The notes beneath the pieces were generated by a model. The model was not told the origin of the DNA. It did no database searches and was given only the letters and a program-made list of their open reading frames with translations. DNA of 64,000 bases, from contig NC_086108.1 of the NCBI RefSeq assembly GCF_963921235.1, positions 109,494,001 through 109,558,000 of the forward strand. Reading direction: 5' to 3'. Shown here piece by piece: positions 1 through 10,234 of the stretch. How positions within the stretch are numbered: the first letter of the stretch is position 1; the number at the start of each line of letters is the position of its first letter. A program made the translations under genes and the position numbers. This stretch comes from Mobula hypostoma (taxonomy: Eukaryota).

Positions 1-358
1 TTTATTTCCTGTCGTTAACCTGTCTCATTTACATGATTACTGACTAAATTCCACAGGCCCTTTTCTCCCTCTTCAGTTTGATGCCTCTCACCAGAGGTCA
101 CGAGTGTAATTGCTTAGCTCTGTCAACCGGGAGATCCTTGGGTGTTTGACCCGCTTTGTTCTGGATTTTCTTCACGGGAGGGGTGGGCTCCCTCATACCC
201 GGGAATATTCCCAATCCCTTGTAGACCATGACAGTGCCAGTCTGACACTCGGTGGCCTGCCTGCCCAATGAGCTGTCTGCAGCTTGCTTCCAGTCCCGGC
301 CCACCCATCATAGGAAGGACATGGTCTTTCCATAGCCCCACATCTTTCCTGTAATGAT

Positions 359-563
359 AAACACAGGAGATCCTGCAGATGCTGGGAATCCAGAGCAACA
401 CACACACAAAATGCTGGAGGGACTCAGCGAGTCAGGCAGCATTGAAGGAGGGGAATAAATATTTGATGGGCCCGATAGAGGGTTTCAGCTCAAAACATTG
501 ACTGTTTTATCCTCTCCATAGATGCAGCCTGGCCTGCCGAATTCCTCCAGCATTTTGTGTGCT
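359..563. mobile_element. Old Penelope pseudo-LTR fold-back (inverted copy followed by forward copy)
   Basis: AAACACAGGAGATCCTGCAGATGCTGG... (minus copy) is followed by a forward copy ending ATTTTGTGTG. Degenerate flanking duplication TTTCCTGTAATGATA / TTTCCCGTGATTGATA. Confidence 0.7.
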
Positions 564-776
564 GTTTCCCGTGATTGATATATTTATTTATTTATTTATT
601 TACAGATCCAATGCAGAGTCAGCCCCTGCAGACCAATGAGCCATACCACCCAGCATCTCACCTATTTAACCCTGGCATAATCATGAGACAATTTACAATG
701 ACCAAGTAGCCTTTCCAAACAGTATGCCTGTGGACTGTGGGAGGAAACCAGAGCACCCAGAGGAAATTTAAAAAAG

Positions 777-1027
777 TAAACACGAGGAATTCTGCAGATG
801 CTGGAAATTCAAGCAACACACTTCAAAGTTGCTGGTGAACGCAGCAGGCCAGGCAGCATCTCTAGGAAGAGGTACAGTCGACGTTTTGGGCCAAGACCCT
901 TCATCAGGACTAACTGATTCTGGCTTTGTTAGTCCTGACGAAGGGTCTCGGCCTGAAACGTCGACTGTACCTCTTCCTAGAGATGCTGCCTGGCCTGCTG
1001 CGTTCACCAGCAACTTTGATGTGTGTT
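777..1027. mobile_element. Young Penelope pseudo-LTR fold-back insertion with 14-bp TSD
   Basis: Inverted arms 813-914 and 928-1029. GCACCCAGAGGAAA is duplicated at 753-766 and 1028-1041. Confidence 0.85.
931..966 (+). ncRNA. Minimal type-I hammerhead ribozyme motif (core intact)
   Basis: Stem I AGTC/GACT; CTGACGA core (935-941); stem II GGGT-CTCG-GCCT; GAAA; palindromic ACGT stem III; GUC cleavage triplet 960-962. Confidence 0.75.
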
Positions 1028-1136
1028 GCACCCAGAGGAAAGTCACGCTTACAGATAGTGTCAGAATTGAACTCTGAACTCCGACACCCTGAGCTGTAAT
1101 AACATCGCGCTAACCACTACGCAACTGCGGTGCCCA

Positions 1137-1475
1137 AAGTTCGAAGTAAGTTTATTATCTAAGTGCATATATACAACCCTGAGACTCATTTTCTTGAGGG
1201 CATACTCAATAAATCCACAATAGAGTAACGACCATAATAGAATCAATGAAAGACCACATATTCTCTTGGGCGTTCAGCTAACGTGCAAAAGACGACAAGC
1301 TGTGCAAATGTAAAAAAGAAATAATAAGAATAAATATATAAGCAATAAAAATTGAGAACATGAGGTGAAGAGTCTTTCAAAGTGAGTCCATAGCTTTTGG
1401 GAACAGTTCAGTGTTGGGGCAAGTGAAGTTAAGTGAAGTTATCCCTTTTGGTTCAAGAGCCTAATGGCTGAGGGC
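1137..1475 (-). mobile_element. Rex1/Babar-type LINE 3' UTR fragment (old family)
   Basis: Homologous to 37716-38305 and 39853-40275, which run into the HHPGHALF..LPSGRR-type C-terminal coding sequence on the minus strand. Confidence 0.65.
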
Positions 1476-1589
1476 CAAAACTGCACATTACAGGGAGCGT
1501 AGAAATTGGATTGGTGTAGTTGGACAGCACAGTCAGTCTGCCGAAGGGTCTATTTCTTCGCTTCATGACTCCATAGGTAAATATGGAAT

Positions 1590-2218
1590 AGGTTAGAACT
1601 TTATTCCTTGCAGAGCAGGAGAATGAGGAGATATCTAATTGAGATATACAAAATCTTGAGGGGTATGGAGAGGTTAGCTTTATTTGTCACAGGTACACCA
1701 AAACATACAGTGAAATGCATCATTTGCATCAAATCAAATCAGTGTGGATTGTGTGGGGGCAGCCCGAAAGTGTTTCCGGCACTTCCAGCACCACACAGTA
1801 TGTTCACAAATCACTAACCCTAACTATACAAATTTGAAATGTTGGAGGAAACCAGGTCACCCGGAGGAAATCAGCGCAGTCATGGGAAGGATATAAGAAG
1901 TTCTTACAGACTGTGACAGGAATTGAACCTATATTTTACAGCTGTAAAGCAATTGTGCTAACCACTACACAACCGTGCTACCTAGTATATAGATAGGGTT
2001 GACGCAAGTACATGTTTTCCTATGAGGGTGCGTAAAACCAGAATGAGAGGTCATAGGTTTAGAGTGGAAGGTGAAATATTTAAGGGGAACCTGAGGTGGA
2101 TCTCTTTCACTCAGCGGGTGGTGCGATTGTGGGACGAGCCGACAGCTGAAGGGGTGGATATGGGTTCAATTGTAACATTTAAGAGAATGCTCAATAGGTA
2201 CATGGGTGAGAGGGTATG
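1590..2218 (+). mobile_element. CR1 LINE 3' fragment, interrupted by a V-SINE-like piece (about 1675-1980)
   Basis: Translates to RRMR..LIEIYKILRG and RGHRFRVEG..FTQRVVRLW, the typical CR1 ORF2 C-terminus. Confidence 0.75.
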
Positions 2219-2742
2219 GTGTACACCTGCTCATTTATCAATCACATGGCAGCAACTCAATGCATAAAACCATGCAGACATGGTCAAGAGATTCAGTTGT
2301 TGTTGAGACCAAGCGTCAGAATGGGGAAGAAATGTGATCTAAGTGACCTTGACTGTGAAATGTTTGTTGGTGCCAGATGGGGTTGCTTCAGTATCTCAAA
2401 GAACTGGAGATCTCCTGGGATTTTCACACACAACAGTCTCTAGAGTTTACAGACAATGGTGGGAGAAATGGAAAACATCCAGTGAACGGCAGCTCTGTGG
2501 GTGAAAACGCTTTGTTAATGAGAGAGGTCAGAGGAGAATGGCCAGACTGGTTCAAGCTGACAGGAAGGCGACAGTAACTCAAATAACCACATATTACAAA
2601 ACTGGTGTGCAGAAGAGCATCTCTGAATGCACAATATGTTGAACCTTGAAGTGGATGTACTACAACAGCAGAAGAAACAAAGAGACACTTCGTGGCCACT
2701 TTATTAGATATAGGAGGTACCTAATAAAGTGGACACTGTGTG
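2219..2742 (+). mobile_element. Non-autonomous Tc1-like element (internally deleted)
   Basis: N-terminal transposase HTH remnant MGKKCDLSDLDCEMFVGAR. The right end is a TIR-TIR hairpin, GTGGCCACTTTATTAG...CTAATAAAGTGGACAC, followed by TA. Confidence 0.8.
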
Positions 2743-3344
2743 TATACAAAGCAGAAAACAATAGATTTTTGGATACTAGGGGAGAGATGAAATACATAGT
2801 ACAGGAAAGTAACACTGAGATAAAAGATTGGAAATTATCTTATTGAGTGAGTGGGACAAGAAATAAAGGATCAAATTGCTGAATCTGGTTTCTATTACTT
2901 GTACTGTCTACCCAGTCTTCTCTCATGGAAAGCACAACGAGGCACTCCAGGGCTAACATACATCCCCTTACAATGTATGAAAGACTTACTAAGACAAAGG
3001 AAAATCAATAGGTCACTTTCTTTGTCCTGGTGTAACTCAATAAACCTGTGGCTACATTCTAAATATAAATCAATGCTGTCTTTTGGTGTAATTATTGCAA
3101 GACATTTTTTTTGCCATGTCTTGTACATAATTCAAACATAATCAATTCATGTAATGTTGTTTGTTGTTTCATGCCCTCGGCACTATAAATTGATCCACAA
3201 ACTTGGTAAAGTTTGGATTTATGAAGTCGTTTGCACCTTGCAAAACAACCCTTGGTGTTTCGTCACAGGAGATTTATTGGAAGAGAAATGCCAGACCAAT
3301 TAAGAAGAATTTAGGTGGTCTTGGTGGGAGGTGTAGGTTTTAAG

Positions 3345-3577
3345 GTAGATAAGAGCATAAAACGTGGGAGTAGAATTAGGCCATTCAGCCCATTGGTTCT
3401 GTTCTGCCATTCTATCATGGCTAATTTATTATCTCTATCAATCCCATTCTCCTGCCTTCTCATAACATTTTATGTCCTGACTAATCAAGGACATAACAAC
3501 TTTGGTTTTAAGTTTACAAAATGCCTCATCCTCCACAACCACCTGTGGCAATGAAGTCCACAAATTCACCACCGTCT
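3345..3577 (-). mobile_element. CR1 3' end; continues at 5655-5742 beyond a nested plus-strand CR1
   Basis: Reverse complement of the CR1 3' UTR seen at 5540-5650. Confidence 0.7.
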
Positions 3578-3790
3578 TGTACACCAGATGGGGTGCACAC
3601 TAGAGTTCTGAAAGAGGTGGCTGAAGAGATTGTGGAGGCATTAGTAATGATCGTTGAAGAATCGCAAGATTGTGGACTAGCTCCGGAAGACCGGAAAATT
3701 GAAAAATGTCACTCCTCTCTTCAAGAAGGGAGAGAGGCAGAAGAAAGGAAACCATAGGAAAGCTAGTCTGACCTCAGAGATTGGGAAGAT

Positions 3791-4203
3791 CATAGTCATA
3801 GTCATAGTCATACTTTATTGATCCCGAGGGAAATTGGTTTTCGTTACAGTTGCACCATAAATAATAAATAGTAATAAAACCATAAATAGTTAAATAGCAA
3901 TATGTAAATTATGCCAGGAAATAAGTCCAGGACCAGCCTATTGGCTCAGGTTGTCTGACCCTCCAAGGGAGGAGTTGTAAAGTTTGATGGCCGCAGGTGG
4001 GAATGACTTCCTATGACGCTCTGTGTTGCATCTCGGTGGAATGAGTCTCTGGCTGAATGTACTCCTGTGCCCACCCAGTACATTATGTAGTGGATGGGAG
4101 ACATTGTCCAAGATGGCATGCAACTTGGACAGCATCCTCTTTTCAGACACCAGCGTCAGAGAGTCCAGTTCCATCCCCACAACGTCACTGGCCTTACGAA
4201 TGA
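3791..4203 (-). mobile_element. Young Rex1 LINE 3' end (copy 1)
   Basis: ORF ...LDNVSHPLH...TERHRKSF.PAAIKLYNSS, AATAAA and a (TATGAC)n tail. Nearly identical to four other copies. Confidence 0.9.
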
Positions 4204-4840
4204 TGTTGGAATCAATTATTAAGGATGAGGTCTCAGGGTACTTAGAGACACATAATAAAATGTGCCGTAGTCAGCATGGTTTCCTCAAGGGAAAATCTTG
4301 CTTGACAAATCTGTTAGAACTCTTTGAAGCTTTAACAAGCAGGATAGACAAAGGAGTATACCTGGATTTACAGAAGGCCTTTGACAAGGCGCCACACATG
4401 AGGCTACTTAACAAGCTCGGAGTCTATGGTATTACAGGAAAGATTCTAGCATGGATAAAGCAGTGGCTGATTGGCAGGAGGCAAAGAATGGGAATAAAGG
4501 GAGCCTTTTCTGGCAGGCTGTCAGTGACTAGTGGTGTTCCACAGGGATCTGTGTTGGAACCAATTCTTTTTGCTTTATATGTCAGTGATTTGGATGATGG
4601 AATTGAAGGCTTTCTTGCAGAGTTTGAGATGATATGAAGATAGTTGGAGGGGTAAGCAGTTTTGAGAAAGTAGAGAGGCTACAGAAGGACTTGGACAGAT
4701 TAAGAGAATGGGCAAAGAAGTGGCAGATGGAATATAGTGTCGGGAAGTGTATGGTCATGCACTTTGGTAGAAGAAATGAAAGCATTGACTATTTTCGATA
4801 TGGAGGGAAAATACAAAAAACTGAGATACAAAGGGACTTG

Positions 4841-4938
4841 GGTCCTTCTGAAGGGTCTTGGCCCAAAACGTCAACTGTACTCTTTTCCATAGATGCATCT
4901 GGGACTTCTGAGTTCCACTAGCATTTTGTGTGAGTTGC
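4841..4938 (+). mobile_element. Penelope pseudo-LTR fragment nested in CR1
   Basis: GAAGGGTCTTGGCCCAAAACGTCAACTG...ATTTTGTGTGAGTTGC. Confidence 0.7.
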
Positions 4939-5914
4939 TGGGAGTCCTTGTGCAGGATTCCCTAAAGGTTAATTTGTAGGTTGACTCTGCGATGAGGAAG
5001 GCAAATGCAATCTTGCATTCATTTCAAGAGGACTAGAATATAAAAGCAGGGATGTAATGTTGAAACTTTGTAAAGCACTGGTGAGGCCTCACTTGGAGTA
5101 TTGTGAGCAAGTTTGGGCTGCTTATCTTAGAAAGGATAAGCTGAAACTGGAGAGGGTTCAAAGGACGTTCACGAAAATTATTCCAGGATCGAATGGCTTG
5201 TCATATGAAAGGTTTTTGATGGCTCTGGGCCCATACTTGCTGGAATTCAGAAGAATGAGGGGTGGTCACATTGAAACCTATCAAATGATGAAAGGCCTTG
5301 ATAGAGTGGATGTGGAGAGGATGTTTCCTGTGGTGGGAGAGTCTGAGACCAGAGGACACAGCCTCAGAATACAGGGATGTCCTTTTAGAACAGAGATAAA
5401 GAGGAACTTCTTTCACCAGAGGGTGGGAAATCTGTGGAATTCTTTGCTGCAGCCAGCTGTGGAGGGCAAGCTTTTATGTATATTTAAGGCAGAGGTTGAT
5501 AGATTCTTGATAGGTCAGGGCATGAAGGGACATGAGGAGAAGGCAGGACATTGGGGCTGAGAGGAAGATTGGATCAGCCATGATGAAATTACAGTGCAAA
5601 CTTGATGGGCCAAGTGGCGTAATGCTGCTCCTATATCTTAAGGTCTTATGTTCTCAGGCTAAAGAAATTCCTCCTTTATTCTGTTCAAAAGGGACGTCCC
5701 TCTATTCTGAGGTGATGCCCTCTGGTCCTAGACTCCCCCATATAGTTCAAGTTTAATTGTCATTCAACCATACACGAAAACCTATGACTACAGTCCAAAT
5801 GAAACAGCGTTCCTTACAGTTCAAAAGTCATACACGGCACAAGGAACATTTAGCATAAATAAAATATCAGTAAAATACGGTAACACAAAAAAAATCCTCA
5901 TATGTTAACTTTTC

Positions 5915-7145
5915 CATTCCCATATCTAAGGAGAAATGTGCTAACCCTGAAGGAGTGGGTTCACAAGAATGATTCCAAAGATGAACTGCTTACTGTACGA
6001 GGAGCATTTGACGGTTCTGGGCCTGTATGCAGTGGAGGTCAGAAGGATAATGGGGGATCTCAATCAAACTTACCAAATATTGAAAGGCCGGAATAGAGTG
6101 GACGTGGAGAGAATGTTTTCATTGGTAGGAGAATCTAAGATGTGAGGGCATAGCCTCAGAATAAAGGTGAAGTTAGGAGGAATTTCTTTCGCTAGAGTAG
6201 GGGTTCCCAACCTGGGGTCTACAGACCCCTGCTTAATGGTATTAGTCCATGGCATAAAAATGGTTGGGAATCCCTGAGTTAGAGGAACACTGCCCACTTC
6301 TCATTACTGCCATCAGAAAGGTGGTACAGGAATCCGAGTCATAGTTAAATTAAATAGTTGTGCAAAAATAAAAATAAAGAAAATAGTGAGGTAGTGTTCC
6401 TGGGTTCAATGCCCATTCATAAATCTGATGGCAGAGTGGAAGAAGCTGTTGAGTGTGTGGCTTCAGGCTCCTGTACCTCCCCTCTGATGGTAGTAATGAG
6501 AAGAGGGCATGTCCTGGGTGATGGGAGTCCTTAAAGATAGATACCGCCTCTTTGAGGCAAAGCTACTTTAAGATGTCCTGGACACCATGGAGACTAATGT
6601 CCATGATGCTGACTAACTTTACAGCTCTCTGCGGCTTATTTTCAGCCTATGCAGTAGCTCCCTCTCACCCCCACACCAGACGGTGATGCAGCCGGTCAGA
6701 ATGCTTCCCACGGTTGAGAGTGAGCCTGAAGACTCACATTCAACATTTTAGGACCAGCTTCTTCCTCTCTGCCATCAAAGATCCATGAACACGTGGACAC
6801 AACCTGACTATTCCCTTTTTGCTGTGATTATTTAGTTTAATTTATTATAATTTACAGTAGTCTTGTATGTCTTTGCAGTGTACCATTGCCACAAAACAAC
6901 ACATTTTACTACATATGTCAGTGATAATAAACCTGATTCTGATTCTGATCGATCTGTAAAAGTTAGCTGTGGAGACCAGGTCAGAGGTTGCACTTACAGC
7001 AGTAATTGATAGGTTCTTGATTGATAAGGGGGCTAGAGGTTAAGGGAAGAAGGTAGAAGAATGGGGTTAAAAATTAATCAGCCACAATTGAATGATGGAG
7101 TAGACTCAATGGACCAATTTGTTCAATTCTGTTTTTATATCTATG
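5915..7145 (+). mobile_element. Old CR1 3' fragment interrupted by a MITE and Rex/Babar fragments
   Basis: CR1 ORF2 C-terminal remnant at 5915-6195 resumes at about 6950 into the 3' UTR. Confidence 0.65.
6198..6276. mobile_element. 79-bp hAT-Charlie-type MITE
   Basis: TIRs TAGGGGTTCCCAACC / GGTTGGGAATCCCTG. The 8-bp flanks CGCTAGAG / AGTTAGAG match 6/8 and have a central TA. Confidence 0.75.
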
Positions 7146-7797
7146 TCTCATTCTCCCTTACCAGCACACATCATCCCCAATTTCTTAATCATTTCCCAAG
7201 TGGAGTGAGACCATACCTCAGCAGATATCTCAAGACAGGTATATTATCCACCTGTCACTTTTTTATGAATAGATGGAAATATTATATTTACATTATGTAA
7301 GAGCATGATTACTCCAAATTGGTTTTGGCATTTAAGACACTAAGTCAGAGTTGACATCAGAGCTAATTTAAACTAATAACAATTAATAAACTCTCTCAGA
7401 ATCTGTACAAACACAGCACCAGGTAATGGAATGTTTTCTGTTGTTTGTCCAATTCATTCTACACAGCGAGACAAACCTGAGATTGGGAAGATTATAAATT
7501 AACTCTGTTATTATCATGACAGAGCTGAAGATTGTTAAGAGAATAGAATATAGATCATAGAACACAGAACATAGAACTTCGAGCATTCCAGCACATTACA
7601 GGCATTTGGCCGACAATGTTATTCCAACTTATATAGACCTTCTCCATGATCAATCTAACCCCTCCCTTCCACATAGGTCTCCACTTTTCTTACATCCATG
7701 TGCTCGTCTGAGTGTCTCCTGAAAGCCCCAATTGTATCAGCCTCCCCCGGCAGCACGTTCCACACAACCACCTGTGCCTGTAGTGCTCTGTGCTCTG

Positions 7798-9088
7798 CAC
7801 TCACTAGCCAGTTTATTAAGTATAAATCTAATAAAGTGGTCACTGAGTCTATGTTTGTGATCTTCTGCTGCTGTAGCCTACCCACCTTAAGGTTTGATGT
7901 GCTGTTCATTCAGAAATGCTCTTCTGCACGTCACTGTTGTGATTATTTGTGTTATTGTCACCTTCCTATCAGTTTGAACCAGCTTGGCCATTCTCCTCTG
8001 ACCTCTTTCATTAACAAGGTGTTTTCACCCACAGAACTGCTGCTCACTGGATTTTTTTTTTGTTTTTCACACCATTCTCTGTAAACTCTAGATACCATTG
8101 TGTGTGAAAATCCCAGAAAATCATCAAATTCATAATCTAATTCATAATCAAATTCAAAATCATCAAATGCAGGAGGAGAAGATGGCGACGCAATGCAGCG
8201 CGCAGCGGCCACTCCGGTGAATGATATCTGTTACCTGTCAAGTAGGGTGCCGTGCACAATCCTGATTTGATGGAGGCAGACATGAGAGCACGGAGGAACA
8301 TCTGGTGAAACTTCTGAAATGCCTGCTTCGCTGCTGCTGCTACTGTGTGGTCCGAAATCTCCGGAGGGGAGGGCCCCGAGACCTCGGCTTTGCTTGTTGC
8401 TCGGCAGCTGGGGCGGGGTCAAAGCGCTCGGCAGAGGATGGTGCTCGGAGAGGCTCTGTTGGAGGGGCTGGTTGGAGGCTCGAAGTTTTCAGATGGACAC
8501 AGAGTCGGCTGTGGTCAGGTGCTTCCGATGCATCAGCAGTTGTCGACACCTGGAGGTTTATGGCAGGGAAAGTTTCTCCCTTTTGCCACCTGCTAAAGGG
8601 ACTATCGGGAGTCGATCGGAACGTTGAGACTTTTTTTACTGTGCCCATGGTCTGTTCCTTATCAAATTATGGTATTAGCTTTGCACTGCTGTAACTATAT
8701 GTTATAATTACGTGGTCTTGTCAGTGTTAGTCTTTGGTTTGCCCTGTTTTTATTGTGATATCACTCTGGAGGAACATTGTATTTTTTCTTAATGCATGCA
8801 TTTCTAAATGACAATAAATGAGGACTGAGTGTCCTCATAATCTAATAACCTAATCTAAATTCTGAGATACTCAAAACACCCTATCTGGCACCAACAATCA
8901 TTCCAAGATCAAAGTCACTTAGGTCACATTTCTTCCCCATTCTGATGTTTGCGCTGAACAACAACTGAACCTCTTCACCAGGTCCACCTGTTTTTATTCA
9001 TTGAGTTGCTGCCACGTGATTGACTGATAAAATATTTGCATTAACGAGCAGGTGTACAGATGTATCTGAAAAATTGGTCACTGAGTGC
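7798..9088 (-). mobile_element. Non-autonomous Tc1-like element, interrupted at about 8125-8860
   Basis: Reverse complement of the 2219-2742 family; TIR remnants GTGGTCACTGAGT at both ends. Confidence 0.75.
8171..8858 (+). mobile_element. Young non-autonomous LINE-derived element
   Basis: Starts AGGAGGAGAAGATGGCG, is CpG-rich, and ends AATAAA...(TAATC)n. It interrupts the Tc1 element and has no meaningful ORF. Confidence 0.65.
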
Positions 9089-9719
9089 ATTGAGTTTTTG
9101 TTGCATGTTCTATCTTCTATGTACCATCTGCATGATTGTGCTGTAGAGAATCTTTGTTTAGGTAGTTTTAAATATACCCCACTCATCGAAAGCCACTCCC
9201 CAGTGGGAGGAGGTGTAAGGAGGCCTGTGTACGGAGCATTGCAGCCCCTCTTACCAGTTACCCTTTAGCTGATGGTGACAAGGTGCCGGTAGAGTTTAAA
9301 TCTAGCACGTGGAAAGCATGCAGTCTCTTTTTGCTCTCTGGTGGCCATGGGCCATGGACCAGGTGGAGGCCATTATCATGGGAACAGTAAACAGCATGCA
9401 CAAAGACGTGAAGGGTGTTGGGGTTTGATATTCTCGTTGACATTTGCACAATTTGTTGTCTTTTTTGGGTGGGGGGTTGGATTAGAGTTTGATACTCTTG
9501 CTACCATCTGCATGATTTATTTTTTGCGCATGGGCGGCAGAAGTTGATTTTCTTGTTGCCATTGCGTGGGGAGGTTGACGATTTTCTTTGAATAGCTCCC
9601 ATGGTTTATTTGTTTCATGGTTATCTGGAGAAGATGAATCTCAGAGTTGTATACTGCAAGCATACTTTGATAGTAAATGCACCTTGAACCTTGAGGTCTG
9701 CTTCAGTAAAGAGATGTTT

Positions 9720-10190
9720 CTAGATAAGTCTTTGCCACTTCGTTTATGTTTAGTGACTGTTTCATCCGGCCACTTCGGGCACTCAGTTTAGATAAGTATT
9801 TGCAACCAAGCGTAACTTGTACGGTTTCCTGATTGTTTAGTGTCTGTCTTGTCCTGTTAATAAGTAGTTATATACTTACCAGTGGTGAGTGTTTGCCGCC
9901 CCCACTCACCAAACCCGCGAATCTGATTTCACACAACAATCAGACATTACCATCGTCTGAAGAAAGATGTGAATCTGTCATTTAGAAATGATGATGTGGA
10001 GAGAACTCGCATTCATCATTCGGAATGCGGAGCTGTAGTTTATATAAATCATTCAGTATCCACAGCGCATCTTTAATGCAGTAAATGAACCAAGTTCTCC
10101 ACAGGAGACCATGAGGCAACATTCGAAATATTAAGAGATGAAAGGGCAAGTGAACAACAGTCGGTCAAAGATGTTGGTTTTCTGTGGGAG
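9720..10190 (-). promoter_or_regulatory. Candidate promoter and first exon of a minus-strand transcript
   Basis: Unique CpG-retaining sequence. TTTATATAAA at 10039-10048, minus-strand ACTACAGCTCC at 10039-10029, and donors TTG|GTGAGT (9910) and CTG|GTAAGT (9880). Confidence 0.4.
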
Positions 10191-10234
10191 AAAGGGAGAG
10201 ACTGAGCTTTAGGGAAGGCATTCCCTCCAGTGGT

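Larger units (their letters stand above)
595..1125 (-). mobile_element. HE1/V-SINE-like element, interrupted by a Penelope fold-back
   Basis: Minus strand has the V-domain motif GGTTTCCTCCCACAGTCCA, a tRNA-like head near 1060-1125 and a (TTTA)n tail. Confidence 0.65.
3580..5650 (+). mobile_element. 5'-truncated CR1 LINE (RT pseudogene), interrupted by Rex1 and a Penelope fragment
   Basis: Motifs QHGFLKGKSCLTNL, YLDLQKAFDK, SGVPQGSVL and LVRPHLEYC, with frameshifts. CR1 3' UTR and TTATG-type tail are present. Confidence 0.93.

Noticed and set aside
98..407. Overlapping minus-strand ORFs as a host exon
   Set aside because: They begin in Penelope- and CR1-like sequence (YRKDV), stop early and resemble no protein I recognise.
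768..1077. Mirror-image ORFs on both strands (LLVNAAGQAASLGRGTVDV...)
   Set aside because: Artefact of the Penelope inverted repeat; non-coding pseudo-LTR sequence.
4023..5560. Functional reverse transcriptase CDS
   Set aside because: Frameshifts, a mutated catalytic motif, nested insertions and 5' truncation.
7217..7251. 35-nt minus-strand micro-exon reading VDNIPVLRYLL
   Set aside because: The acceptor lacks a pyrimidine tract and no compatible neighbouring coding exon was found.
9872..9880. ATACTTACC as the 5' end of a U1 snRNA gene
   Set aside because: Downstream sequence does not match U1 and there is no Sm-site context; better read as a minus-strand splice donor.
9988..10205. Box C (ATGATGA) snoRNA
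   Set aside because: No suitably placed box D with a terminal stem.
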